Below, piece after piece: positions 40,001 through 53,210 of a stretch of 64,000 nucleotides of DNA. The notes below the pieces were generated by a model, which saw only the letters and a list, made by a program, of their open reading frames with translations, was not told the DNA's origin and made no database searches. Position 1 is the first letter of the stretch. Each line of letters begins with the position of its first letter. Source of the DNA: Paraspadella gotoi. Its lineage: Eukaryota > Animalia > Chaetognatha. Position numbers and translations under genes: made by a program. Location of the stretch: the NCBI GenBank assembly GCA_051294375.1, contig CM119264.1:31066135-31130134 (forward strand), given 5' to 3'.

Positions 40001-42172
40001 TGATCAATTTTTACTCATAGGTCCATCAAAAGAAGACTTATAAAGAAAATTCTATCAAAATAATGAAAAATTATCTAAACTACTACTATATGTAAATTAG
40101 ATTAAAGATTAAAAAAATCTGCTACATTCAAAATTAAATCCAGAATTAGTTCACTGGGTTAAAAATTAGGTTAAATAGCAGCAGGTTAAAGATTAGTTTA
40201 GGGATTAAGTTGTAAAGTTAAAAGATACGGTTAAAGAATACGGTTTGAGATTAGGAACTAGGTTAAAGATTAAGTGTTTAAGGTAATTAGTTGAAATATC
40301 AACATTAAGTTAAAGTTATGGGATTATGGCGCAGAAAACGGGCGTTTTTTCAAAATAGAGCCAATTTATAGCACGAGGGTGTTGAGTTTGTAAACGTGCT
40401 AACCGTGCCCCTATTTTCTTTTTCATTCATGGATCCTGTCTTCTCGCTCAAAAAAACAAGGAATGGAATCTGATGCCAGACATTTTCTCTCAAGCTCGAT
40501 CATCCATTGAAGACAAAGTTGATGATCACAGTGTAGAGCACAACATCCGGGTTGGACTCAGAGACATTATGACAAGCGGGTAGGCACTACATCCGGGTTG
40601 GACTCAGAGACATTATGACCAGAGGGTTGATTTAAGTTTTTGAGAGAGAAATATTTTTGAAACATTTTTAAATTTACTGAGCGTTAAATCTCCCTATTTT
40701 CTTTTTTTAACCATAAACTTGTTTTTTTAAGTTGTTTTTTTTTACATCTTTGTGTCTAAAATTTTTATTTTTCAATTTTATAGGTTTAGAATATTTAGTT
40801 TCCAATTTTTTAAGCCTTAAATATCAGTTTTCAATTTTATAAATATAATATATTCAGTTATCCACACTATCTTTGTTTTTAAACATCTAATCTTTTTTTA
40901 AATTTATTACTCTCTATTTTTTTTACCATCAAACATCCACAAAAAAGTGAAGTGGACTTGGACGAAGTCTCCACACGAGAACTCCGCCTTCTGCTCGAAA
41001 AGAGGCTCCATCGTGACCTGCGATCCTTCAAGTCTTTCGTCGACGACGAGATGCTCAACATCCTCGGACAATTGGACTCGCCCTCGGAGATCCTGCCCGA
41101 CTTCCTCTTTCTTGGATCCGAGTGGAACGCGTCCAACCTCGAGGTGGTTCGGACGAAGGGGGTTTTAAGAGGGGGTGGTAGTTTGGTGGAGGGAGATGGT
41201 GGACGAGCGATTTGGTGGGTTCGAAGAAGAGGCTCGTCTCTGTCTGAGCAGTTAATTGCGTTATAAATCGTTTTTCAAAACAATGATAGGCGTACTCATA
41301 AATAATTAATAAATAATAGTAGTCTTTTCCAAGTGGCAATTGATTTCTTTCCCTGTCTCGAGTCTTTAACCTTTTGACAAATTTACTCGTTTAATTACAG
41401 AAACCAGATTCTCTTTTACAAAGTGAACTTCAGTCGAAGTAGAATAAAATACAAAGGAATTAACGGGTATTGGTGAAACATGAACGATCAATCGATATTT
41501 ACCCGGTTGCCATAGGAACTGACCAACAATGGAGTCAGCCACATCATGAACATGGCCAAAGAGATCGACAACTTTTTCCCTGGGATCCTCGATTATTACA
41601 ACGTGAGAGAATATGACGTGGAAAATACGAACCTTTTAAAGTATTGGCACGAAACCAGCAAGTATTTGGAAAAAGTAAGTTAATTTTTTTAAATTAAGTC
41701 CTTCTATAATATATTATAAATATTATTTAACCAAATTAAAAGCTATGACAATTGATTTAAACTGTTAAAATATATTACACATTTTTATTCTTAATATTTT
41801 TTCCTTACTTTTGTACATTTTCTATTTTATTTTCCTCGGCTACATTTCCATCTGCAATTCATTACAGATTGCATCTGTTCTTCCCCATCTCTTCTTCAGG
41901 TAGAAGTCTCAGGCGGACGATGCCTCGTCCATTGCAAAAAGGGCGTCTCGCGATCGGCAGCCACAGTGATCGCCTTTCTCATGAAGTCGCGTCGATGGTC
42001 GGCACAGTGCGCTTACGAATTCGTCAAAGAGAGAAGAGACGTCGTGAGACCAAACAATGGATTCCTGAGACAATTGGAAACCTTCGAAGGAATTCTCAAT
42101 GCGTCGAGCAATAGACTCAGTTTTAAGACGAGACGGAGCGGTGTGGTTGAAGAAGAAGGGGAGAGGGAGTGA
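37045..42172 (+). CDS. ssh: Slingshot family dual-specificity (cofilin) phosphatase
   Basis: Exons 37045-37230, 37664-37802, 38076-38291, 38712-38897, 39456-39593, 39726-39946, 40461-40579, 40948-41143, 41516-41674, 41900-42172 splice in frame. SSH-N motifs KIAVALES..KYLVVV, ITLHDDGG, IFKPVSVFTMWS; DEK-C-like DLDEVSTRELRLLLE..FKSFVDDEMLNILGQ; DSP domain FLGSEWNASNLEEL..EIDNFFPG..VHCKKGVSRSAATVIAFLMK..RPNNGFLRQLETFEGIL. Confidence 0.93.
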
Positions 42173-42699
42173 GGGAGGGAGAGAGAGGAAGAAGGGGAGG
42201 GGGAGTAAGGGAGGGAGAGGGGGAGAAGAAGAAGAGGAGGGGAAAGGTAGACGAGGAGGAAAAAGAATTGGGAAGGAAAACCAAAGACTTTCTATTATTT
42301 TTTAGACTAAAACGTGAAATATTTTATTGTGAAAGTTTTGTTATTTTGTCCATGAATTTTGTCTTCGTCATTTTTTCTTCTAAATAAATTTTTATTAAAA
42401 AAAATTATATTTGTTTCCTTAATTTAATGAAAACTAGAAAAAATTAATCAATTCAAATTGGCTTTTTTTCCTCATCTACATTCAAAAATATCCTGTTTCA
42501 AAAAAAAAAAAAAAANNNNNNNNNNNNNNNNNNNNNNNNNNNNNNNNNNNNNNNNNNNNNNNTTATGCTTCTGTATGTACTGAATTCGAAATAAAATGCA
42601 TATATTAACTCCATAAATCCATTAACCCATTAACCCATTAACCGCTTTCTTTCTCCTTGTTTTTTCTTTTTTGTCGGTAAGAACCGGCGAATGGCACGT

Positions 42700-43856
42700 A
42701 ATCAGTGGGTCGGTTGTCCGTTGTCGGTTGTCCGGTTTGTCGTTTGTCAGTTTGTCCGTTGTCGGTTGTCGTTGTCCGTTGTCGTTGTTCGGTTGTCGTT
42801 TGCCGTTGTCGGTTGTCGGTTTGTCGTTGTCGGTTTGTTCGGTTTCGGTTGTCCGTTGTCCGTTGTCGGTTGTGCCGTTGTCGGTTGTCGGTTGTCGGTT
42901 GTCCGTTTGTCGGGTTTGTTGTCGGTTGTCCGGTTTGTACGGGTATGTCCAGGTGTGTCTCAAAGAAATTTCGGATGCGATGATTTAGTGTCTCATATGA
43001 AAAGGAAGAGATAGCTGGAAAGTGAAAATAGTGAGTTAGGAGATTCTTCCGTTTGCCAAAAGCACTCACCATTTTTTTTTAATGTGTTTAAAATTATTTT
43101 GTACATCTTAATGATAAATTTGTAATTTGTGTACTCAATGACTCAATAACCCGATCTGACTTAGCCCTAAATAAACTAAGTCTTTAAAGCTTGATCTTAA
43201 CCAAGAACATTAACCGATTAAATTCTTAATTGATAATTATTAACCATAACCTCTAACCTTAAACTGTAAAGTCCTTTACCATTAGTCGTTATATGGGGCA
43301 TTCCTGAGAAAATAAGGCCGATGAAATGGGTGCAGTTCTGGAGAAAATAAGGCCCAAAGTTTGAAACCTCAAATCTTCAAACTATCAATCATACAATCAA
43401 TCAAATCCGTTCACCAACCACCATACCTTGTGATTAAACCGTCCGTACGTCCCGTCCATCATCATTTTCAAATCTCTCATTCCATCGTCTCGTTCGTTTC
43501 TTTGACGTGAAGAACATTGTTTTTAATTAACTCAATGTATTTTTTTTCTTTTTTTTTTTTAATAGCAAGGGAATCGAGGTTTTAGTTTGTTTCTTTTAAA
43601 TCGTCGTTAGTCGTCGTCGTTCGTGTCGTCGTTTCAAGATTCGAGTAAAACTCAGACGTTCGCGTCATAGAACATAAGAGATAAAACTTAAAAAAAAAAA
43701 ATAATAAACATTACTTTGTGGTCCTTGGGGTCCTCGCGCCTTCCCTCCTCATCCTCCTCCTCCTCCTCTTTACCTCTTCCTCTAGCTCAACATTTATCCA
43801 TCAAAGAGGGTTACAAGACTTATAAGGTAAAAAGTCGTCCGTCGCGTCGTGCGTGT

Positions 43857-43892
<36 letters not shown>

Positions 43893-45810
43893 GGTTTTGT
43901 TCTGTTTCCTCGCGCAGAGAACTCTGTCTGGGTGGCGGGGAACTCAAAGGTACGTTCACGGGTCGAGATGCCAGACGCTTGCAAAGGGTGCGGATTAAAG
44001 GTTCAGTATCTCTTTACGTAGATAATCATTGATCAGTTTAAAATCAAAAATGATATTGGAAAATTAATTTTTACGAAAATTATTTCTGTTCATCTCGAGT
44101 CACGAAAAGATCAATTTTGGCATAAAACTAAATTCGAAAATTTATGAGGCAAAGAAATTTGTTCTTTTTTCAATTTTTGTGTCTTAAGGAATTTTTAGTT
44201 TGTTTTTTTTTGTTTTGTTTTAATTTTAAACTGAGTTTTCCTGCTAAATTTACACCCGAAGCTACGAATAAAAATGGTTCATGATTAAATTTTAAATTAA
44301 TCCTAAATATATCTCGTTAACAATTATCAATTTACTTTTTTTTTTATTTTCCATCTTTAATCTTTAATCGTTATAATCTTTAATCTTTAATCTTAATCTT
44401 TATCTTTAATCAAATTCTTTTTCAGTTTCTTCATGAAATTCAACTTCCGCCGCCACCAAAATCTTTCTAACATCCGCGGTTCAATCTTACTGCCAATCCG
44501 GGGAGCGCACGTTTTCTCCTCATCCGTGAACGCACGGTTTTCCCCACATCTGGGACCAACGGTTTCCCCACATCCGGGACCTCCATGCGGCTTCGCCAAT
44601 CCGGGGATTCCCGATCGCCCGACGTTTCGCCATTGTTCCTTTGATCGATTCTTCGCCTTTTAGTACAAGCAGGGATCAATCAATCAATAATCAATCAATC
44701 ACAATCAATCAATCAATCAAATCATTCCATCATGCATGATCAATCAAAATAATTCAGTTAATTAATCACTCAATTCAATCAACATTCAATCCTATATCCA
44801 GCGACTTGTTTCTCTGCCGTCCAACGGCGTCTCCTCCGTATTACCCTCAGTCGGCTGCTGCATCCACCGCCTCCGCTGCTTGCACGCGACCTCTCCTGCC
44901 GCTGCTCTGTCCCGCCGCGGGGCAGGTCGGCCTCGAGGGGCGAAGCGCAAAGTCGAGAGTCAAGAGAATGGCGAAAGCATGCGTCGCAGAGGGACTGGGT
45001 TAAGTTTTAGGTTGAGGTCGGAGTTGAAGGGCGGAAGTGAGGTCCGGGGCGGGAGAGAGGTGAAGGGTCGGAATTGTGTAAGGAGTGAAGGTGGGATGGG
45101 GGTAAGCGAGTTTGGAGTTGTTGGAGGTAGGGGCGAGGTAGGGCTGGGAAAGTAGGGGAGTTCCCGTGAATCGAGGTTACAGGTGTGGTGGAAAAGTAAG
45201 GTTGGAGTTGTGAAAAGTTAAGGTCGGAGATGAGGAAATACGGGTCGGAGGTTGTGGAAAAGTAGGTCCGGGAGATGTTAGAATAGTAAGGATAGAGTTG
45301 TGGAAAGTAAGGTCGGAGTTGTGACAATGTGAGGCGGCGTTTGAGGGTAGGTTGGACGAAATGAGGTTAGTTGGGGATTTTTGGATTGGGATAGATGATT
45401 CTCTCGTTCTTGAAATCTGAGGCGTTGCAACGCGTCGAAAGCATAGCACCGTAGCATTGAATGCAATAGCATGCTAAGAAAATGCAATTGAATTATAATT
45501 ATTCGCCGTAAGAAAGTTCTCACCTAGGAAATAAAATTTTTTATTCAACTTTCACTAATTTAATGAATCGTCAGACTCAACTGGTTTCTTAGTGTTCATT
45601 AAAACTTATTGTTGACTTAAGTTGTTTGTTTGTTAATAATCTGTCACCTTGCTCGTCAAATTGACATTTATTGTCATTTTAAAATTAATATTATTAAACT
45701 TGATTCCGAATTGATTGAAAACGAAAATCTCTCAGAAAAAAATATATGAGATTTGATTCCACTGAATAATCGCACGAAAAAATGCGATCACGAAGTTGAA
45801 TTTTTTTTCG

Positions 45811-45874
<64 letters not shown>

Positions 45875-48800
45875 TCTCTCATCTCTTCTCGTGTTTTTGT
45901 TTGATTTTTTTCGATTCGGCCTCCCCTGACGATTTTCCTGTGTCGTAGTAGTTTTTTCGTCTTTGAGCCGAACGGAATTTTTTGAGCTCAAAAAAGTTTT
46001 TAGAGTTCAAGATCTCTCTCTTTCTCTCTCTTCCTCTCTCTTCTCTCTTCTCTCTCTTTCTCTCTCTCTTCTCTCTCTCTCTCATCTCTCTCTCTCTCTC
46101 TCTCTCTCTAACTCTCTACTCGTCTCTCAACCTCATCTTCAACACACACCAAATTCTGCTGGTTTCACGATCCTAAACCGAAGTCATTTTTTTCTTCCGA
46201 AACAAAACAGAAAAACAGCGAGAGACACAAAAAAAAAAAAAAAAACGAAACAAAGAAGAAAAATCAAAGGATAAAAAACAACAATAATAAATACAAACGT
46301 TAATTAAAAAAATAAATATTTTATCGAGACACAATATTTTTTCATTTCATTTCTAACTTTATTCCTACGAATTTTTTATTTTGATTCAACATCCGGAGAG
46401 ACATTCACAACAACAACAACGACAATGACAACATCAACACTTCAACAACTCCAGCACCTCCAACATCATCCTCAAACGAATCCATCCAGATGTCGCTCAA
46501 GGTTTTGGACGATTCGCTCGTCAAAATTCTCGCTCGAGCAAGACGAGGATGATGCGGCGCCCATGAGTCAAGTCGGTCAGATGAGAAGGAACAACTTTCT
46601 CAACAGGGTAAGGGAATTTAATCAAGGGTAAGTTATGGAATGAAAGTGTAAGGAACGGATTTTGAAAGAGCGATTAAATTGTTGTTAGTAGTTTTGCGTT
46701 TAGGTATTTAGTCATGAATAATACTAATAAGTAAATTTCAATAACGGGAATGATGGTGTTGTAGCTAAAAAGAATAAAGGTTGAAAATAAATCCATATCC
46801 AATAAATCTAATAATCTAAAAGCAATAAAATACATACTCTGTATCACTGTTTTATCTATAACCTTCCTGGGACACATTCTGTACCACTATGTACCGCGCA
46901 TTTATAACCTTTATAATCCTTATCTGTTACTATTTTTTTGTAACCCTCCCAATCTATAACTTCACCACCATTTATAACCATCTCTTGCCATCTGTACCCC
47001 ATTTTCCATTATAACAAATTAACCTATCTTTACCAGGGTTCGCCGCGCCAGCTACGTCAGACAAAAAGCGCCATCCGTGTAGTCTGCACTGAAGAGTCGA
47101 TTGGCAATGGGAAAGTGGAAATCAGCTTTGACTGGGGACTCGGCTCCAGTACCCTAGGAGCAGTCTCCGTACTTGGTAAAGGAGCAGATGGTAGTAGATA
47201 GGACTGATTGTAGGAGCATTGGACTGGGGACTCGGGACTCGGAGCAGTCCCGTTTTTGGTAGGGTGAGGCAGTAGCTCTCGGAGCAGAAGTATGGACAAG
47301 CAACAGGAGTAGTGGGAAAGATAATTGCCCCTGAACTTGTGGAATTTATGGGCGATTTGGGTCATTATGATAGTTTGTGATAGATGCAGCTGGTATTGTG
47401 ACAGGTAGTTATTTTCTCCGACGGGGAACTTACTTAATTTCCTGACCATTTCGCAGGCGACCGGTAATCGAGTTCGCCGTGGCAGCATATTAGCGCCGGC
47501 GCCGTCGCAACCGTCGCAGCGCCGCTAACGGCTGCCGGCGCTGCTCCTGCGGAAGCGGTGACGTCGCGTCTGGAGGCGGAGGAGCTGCAAGCAAACTGTT
47601 CTGCGCGAAAAGAGTCGATAGCTGGAAAGACTCGTGAAAACAGGAATCGAGACTGATCTTGGATGATGCGGAAGTGGGAGTTGTGGAAAAGAGGAGGAAT
47701 GGTAGTTGGGGTTGTGGAAAATGAGTTGTGAAAAAAAACCAGATTGTGGAACAGAGATGTAGAAAATACTTTGTTGAAAAAGGCATGGTCGTTGGGGGAC
47801 GTGGACAAGCGGTGGAAAGTTTGAAAAGGTGAATGAGGATGTGAAAAATCAGTTTGTGGAAAGTCATTTTGTGGAAAAGTTGGGAGAGTACACGGGAGAT
47901 GTGGAAAATTAGTTGTGGAAAGTCGATTTGTGAAAAGTTGGGAGAGTACACGGGAGATTTGGAAAAATGAGTTGGGAAACACAAGATGATGGTGGAATAT
48001 GTGAAAATAAGTTGTGGAAAGAGAAGATGAAAAGAAAAGACTTTCTTTTTTTTTTTCCTTTTCTTTTTTATCATCCGACTTTCTTTACGCGCTTTGAAGC
48101 TGAACCCGTCTCGACTGGAGTCGAATCACAAAGCAGCATCCCTGACGACAGCAGCGGCGGCGGCGGCGGCGGCAGCAGCTTTAAATCTGTAAGGACAAGA
48201 CGCTCAGATTCGATTATCACTTTTATCTGTAGCGATGATGTGATTGAAATCGCTGTTGCTTGGAATCGACGGAAGAAGGAGAAGGTTATTGAGATTTTTA
48301 TAAATCTTAAATCTTAAATCTTAAATTTTTACTTCTTAATGTCTTATTCCGTTAGTCTCTTATTCCTAAATCCCAATTTGTATTTTGAACAATCTAAATC
48401 CCCAATCCAATTATCTCATTTTAAATATAAACCTTAGCCCTGAATCTTATTCCTAAATCTTTCCTTGATCTAAAACAATCATAAAAAATAAATCTTTTAA
48501 ATTTATTTTAAATTCCTATCTAATCTTAAATTCAGATCTAAATTTTAAATCCTAATTCTGAATCCTATTTGAAAACCTATCCCATATTCTCAAATCTTAA
48601 ACGCTTTAAATCCCCAAATCTCTAAATCTCTAAATCCCAAACTTAAATCTCTAAATCCCCAAATCTCTAAATTCCAAATCTCTAAATCCCAAATCTAAAA
48701 TCTCTAAGTTCCCAAATTCTAAATCTCTAAATCTCCAAATCTCTCAATCTCTAAATTCCCAATCTCTAAATTCCAAAATCCCCAAATCTCTAAATCCCAA

Positions 48801-51800
48801 ATCTCTTAATCTCTAAATCCCCAAATCTTAAACCCCCCCCTTAAAGCCAAATACCTCGTCGTCGTTGGACGCCAAAGATTCCAACGAGAACGTGATTCTC
48901 GGACTCACGTTCGCCGGAAATCTTTGTCTCTCGGCGTCATCATCCGGATTTATGCCGAGAGCGAAATCACGCTGCATGACGACGGTGAGACGTCATTTAC
49001 GGTATCGGTGATGCGGATGATGCTGTGAGGTTAACAGCGACGAATTAAAATAAATTAGCCCTCAATTCTGTACATATTAAAAATTCTGACCACGTAAACG
49101 CGAACAAAAAAAATAGGCGGGTGATCTTCCAATCCTTCGTGAACCACCCTGGACGAGCCACTTCAGCCCCTCTCATCTTCAAGCCCGTCTCCGTCTTCAC
49201 GATGTGGTCCTTCATTCAAATCGTCAACAATTTGATCGCGAAAAGCGAGAGAGAGAAACGTTTACTTGGGCAACGCCCCTTTTGGCTGGACCAAATATTA
49301 CGAAGAAAGACTTACTACGGACAAAGTTTTGTTAAAGGTTGGGTCCGGGGGCCATATTATATATATATTTTAAATTTATTTTTTTAAACGTAATCAATTT
49401 TTACTCATAGGTCCATCAAAAAGAGACTTATAAAGAAATTCTATCAAATAATGAAAAATTATCTAACTATACTACTTATGTAAATTAGATTAAAGATTAA
49501 AAAATCTGCTACATTCAAAATTAAATCCAGAATTAGTTCATCGGTTAAAAATTAGGTTAAATAGCAGCAGGTTAAAGATTAGTTTAGGGATTAAGTTGTA
49601 AAGTTAAAAGATACGGTAAAAGAATACGGTTTGAGATTAGGAACTAGGTTAAAGATTAAGTGTTTAAGGTAATTAGTTGAAATATCAACATTAAGTTAAA
49701 GTTATGGGATTATGGCGCAGAAAACGGGCGTTTTTTTCAAAATAGAGCCAATTTATAGCACGAGGGTGTTGAGTTTGTAAACGTGCTAACCGTGCCCCTA
49801 TTTTTCTTTTTCATTCATGGATCCTGTCTTCTCGCTCAAAAACCAAGGAATGGAATCTGATGCCAGACATTTTCTCTCAAGCTCGATCATCATATTGAAG
49901 ACAAAGTTGATGATCACAGTGAGTGACACAACATCCGGGTTGGACTCAGAGACAAATGACAAGCGGGTAGGCACTACATCCGGGTTGACTCAGAGACATT
50001 ATGACCAGAGGGTTGATTTAATTTTGAGAGAGAAATATTTTTGAAACATTTTATTAATTTTACTGAGCGTTAAATCTCCCTATTTTCTTTTAACCATAAA
50101 CTTGTTTTTTTAAGTTGTTTTTTTTTACATCTTTGTGTCTAAAATTTATATTTTCAATTTTATAGGTTTAGAATATTTAGTTTCCAATTTTTTAAGCCTT
50201 AAATATCAGTTTTAAATTTATAAATATAACATATCCACTATATCCAGTTTCCACACTATCTTTGTTTTTAAACATCTAATCTTTTTTTAAATTTATTATC
50301 TCTATTTTTTTTACCATCAAACATCCCACAAAAAAGTGAAGTGGACTTAGACGAAGTCTCCACACGAGAACTCCGCCTTCTGCTCGAAAAGAGGCTCCAT
50401 CGTGACCTGCGATCCTTCAAGTCTTTCGTCGACGACGAGATGCTCAACATCCTCGGACAATTGGACTCGCCCTCGGAGATCCTGCCCGACTTCCTCTTTC
50501 TTGATCCGAGTGGAACGCGTCCACCCTCAGGTGGTTCGGACGAAGGGGGTTTTAAGAGGGGTGGTAGTTTGGTGGAGGGAGATGGTGGACGAGCGATTTG
50601 GTGGGTTCGAAGAAGAGGCTCGTCTCTGTCTGAGCAGTTAATTGCGTTATAACATCGTTTTTCAAAACAATGATAGGCGTACTCATAAATAATTAATAAA
50701 TAATAGTAGTCTTTTCCAAGTGGCAATTGATTTCTTTCCCTGTCTCGAGTCTTTAACCTTTTGACAAATTTACTCGTTTAATTACAGAAACCAGATTCTC
50801 TTTTACAAATTGAACTTCAGTAGAAGTAGAATAAAATACAAAGGAATTAACGGGTATTGGTGAAACATGAACGATCTCGATATTTACCCGGTTGCCATAG
50901 GAACTGACCAACAATGGAGTCAGCCACATCATGAACATGGCCAAAGAGATCGACAACTTTTTCCCTGGATCCTCGATTATTACAACGTGAGAGAATATGA
51001 CGTGGAAACTACGAACCTTTTAAAGTATTGGCACGAACCAGCAAGTATTTGGAAAAAGTAAGTTATTTTTTTAAATTAAGTCCTTCTATAATATATATAA
51101 ATATTATTTAACCAAATATAAAAGCTATGACAATTGATTGAAACTGTTAAAATATATTACAACTTTTATTCTAAATATTTTTTCCTTACTTTTGTACATT
51201 TTCTATTTTATTTTCCTCGGCTACATTTCCAATCTCAATTCATTACAGATCTCGCATCTTTCTTCATTACAGATTGCATCTGTCTTCATCTCTCACAGAT
51301 TGCATCTCATCGTCTTGTCTCCCCATCTCTCATCGTTCATGTGTAGAAGTCAGGCGGACGATGCCTCGTCCATTGCAAAAAGGGCGTCTCCGATCGGCAG
51401 CACGAGTGATCGCTTTCTATGAAGTCGCGTCGATGGTCGGCACAGTGCGCTTACGAATTCGTCAAGAGAGAAGAGACGTCGTGAGACCAAACAATGGATT
51501 CCTGAGACAATTGGAAACCTTCGAAGGAATTCTCATGCGTCGAGCAATAGACTCAGTTTTAAGACGAGACGGAGCGGTGGTGGTTGAAGAAGAAGGGGAG
51601 AGGGAGTGAGGGAGGGAGAGAGAGGAAGAAGGGGAGGGGGAGTAAGGAGGGAGAGGGGGAGAAGAAGAAGAGGAGGGGAAAGGTAGACGAGGAGGAAAAA
51701 GAATTGGGAAGGAAAACCAAAAGACTTTCTATTATTTTTTAGACTAAAACGTGAATATTTTATTGTGAAAGTTTTGTTATTTTGTCCATGAATTTTGTCT

Positions 51801-51942
51801 TCGTCATTTTCTTCTCTAAATAAATTTTATTAAAAAAATTATATTGTTTTCCTTAATTTAATGAAAACTAGAAAAAATTAATCAATTCAAATTGGCTTTT
51901 TTCCTCATCTACATTCAAAAATATCCTGTTTCAAAAAAAAAA
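42700..51942 (+). repeat. ~9.2-kb direct duplicate of ~33480-42515 (probable assembly artefact)
   Basis: Colinear with the first copy, including introns; differences are mostly 1-2-nt indels, densest at the left end; lies between N gaps 42516-42562 and 52094-52118. Confidence 0.9.
44426..51609 (+). pseudogene. ssh: Frameshifted second copy of the slingshot gene (pseudogene or uncorrected read)
   Basis: Same exons as copy 1 (e.g. MDLDEVSTRELR at 50341, RPNNGFLRQLETFEGIL at ~51485) with many frameshifting indels. Confidence 0.7.
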
Positions 51943-52377
51943 ATTATTGTTTAACTCTATTAACTCTATTAACAATCCATAACTCTATTAACTCTTTCTC
52001 TTACTGCTAATAATCTAATTAACTCTATTAACTCCATAAATCCATACTAAACCCATTAACCCATTAACCGCTTTCTTCTCCTTCACAATTCCGNNNNNNN
52101 NNNNNNNNNNNNNNNNNNTCTTCTTCTCCTTCACAATTCCGCCCCTTGATTCCGAAACAGACGACCTCAAAGTCTCAAATCTTTTTACAACAACAACAAC
52201 GACAACAACAACAACAACATTTAAGCACCATTTGCGTAAATGAGTTTCTCTGCTTTTATGTTTGTGAACGAATCACGTGGACACGTCGATTGTGAAAATC
52301 ACAAAGTCAACGAGAAAATCTGGAGAAAATCCTTCGGTGATCGGATTAAAAAAAATGCCGAAAGACCCCATGGCTTC

Positions 52378-52456
<79 letters not shown>

Positions 52457-52768
52457 CTCATTAGTTTTCTCGAGCTTAAGTTTATTGTTTTTAGAAGATA
52501 AACTCCTCTTAATTATCTCGCGTCGATCGCCTACGCATCTGGTTGCACCTGATCTGCACCTGATCTGCATCCGATCACGCGCGAGCGCGGCCTTTAACGC
52601 GCCGTTCGTGAATTCGTTTATAAACGACGTCGTCGCCGGTTTATCTCACTTTCACGGAATCCACGCTGTAGAAGTAAAAAATCTCGAAACTCAACAAATA
52701 TACAAAAAAGTTTCACTTAACTTTTAATAATCAAGTCAAATCAAATCAAATCATATCTCGCTATTATC

Positions 52769-53174
52769 ATGGAAGAAATAATATCATCGTCCATCTTTCC
52801 TCCTCCTCCTCCTCATCTTCCTCCTCCTCCTCTTCTTCTTCCTCGGAAATCGTTTTAAAGCGAAAATCCTGTACTCGATTCTTGATGAAATTCGTGGATT
52901 TTGATGGAATTAAATCTGTCGTTAAATTCGTGTGGTAACTGTATATTTGTGTGTATAATTGTTTAACCTGTTGTTTTATGTTTAACTTAATTAATTATTC
53001 GTTGTTTTTTACGTTTTAGTTATTTTTTCTGTTAAGAAAGAAAAAAAATGCGAAACCAGTTTTGAGAAAAAAGGAAAAAATAAAAATTAGATCGACGTTT
53101 TCGTCTTAATATTTATTATTTTCTACTTTTAAAATGTATTTTTTCATCTTGCCTTCTCTCTCTCTCTCTCTCTC

Positions 53175-53210
<36 letters not shown>

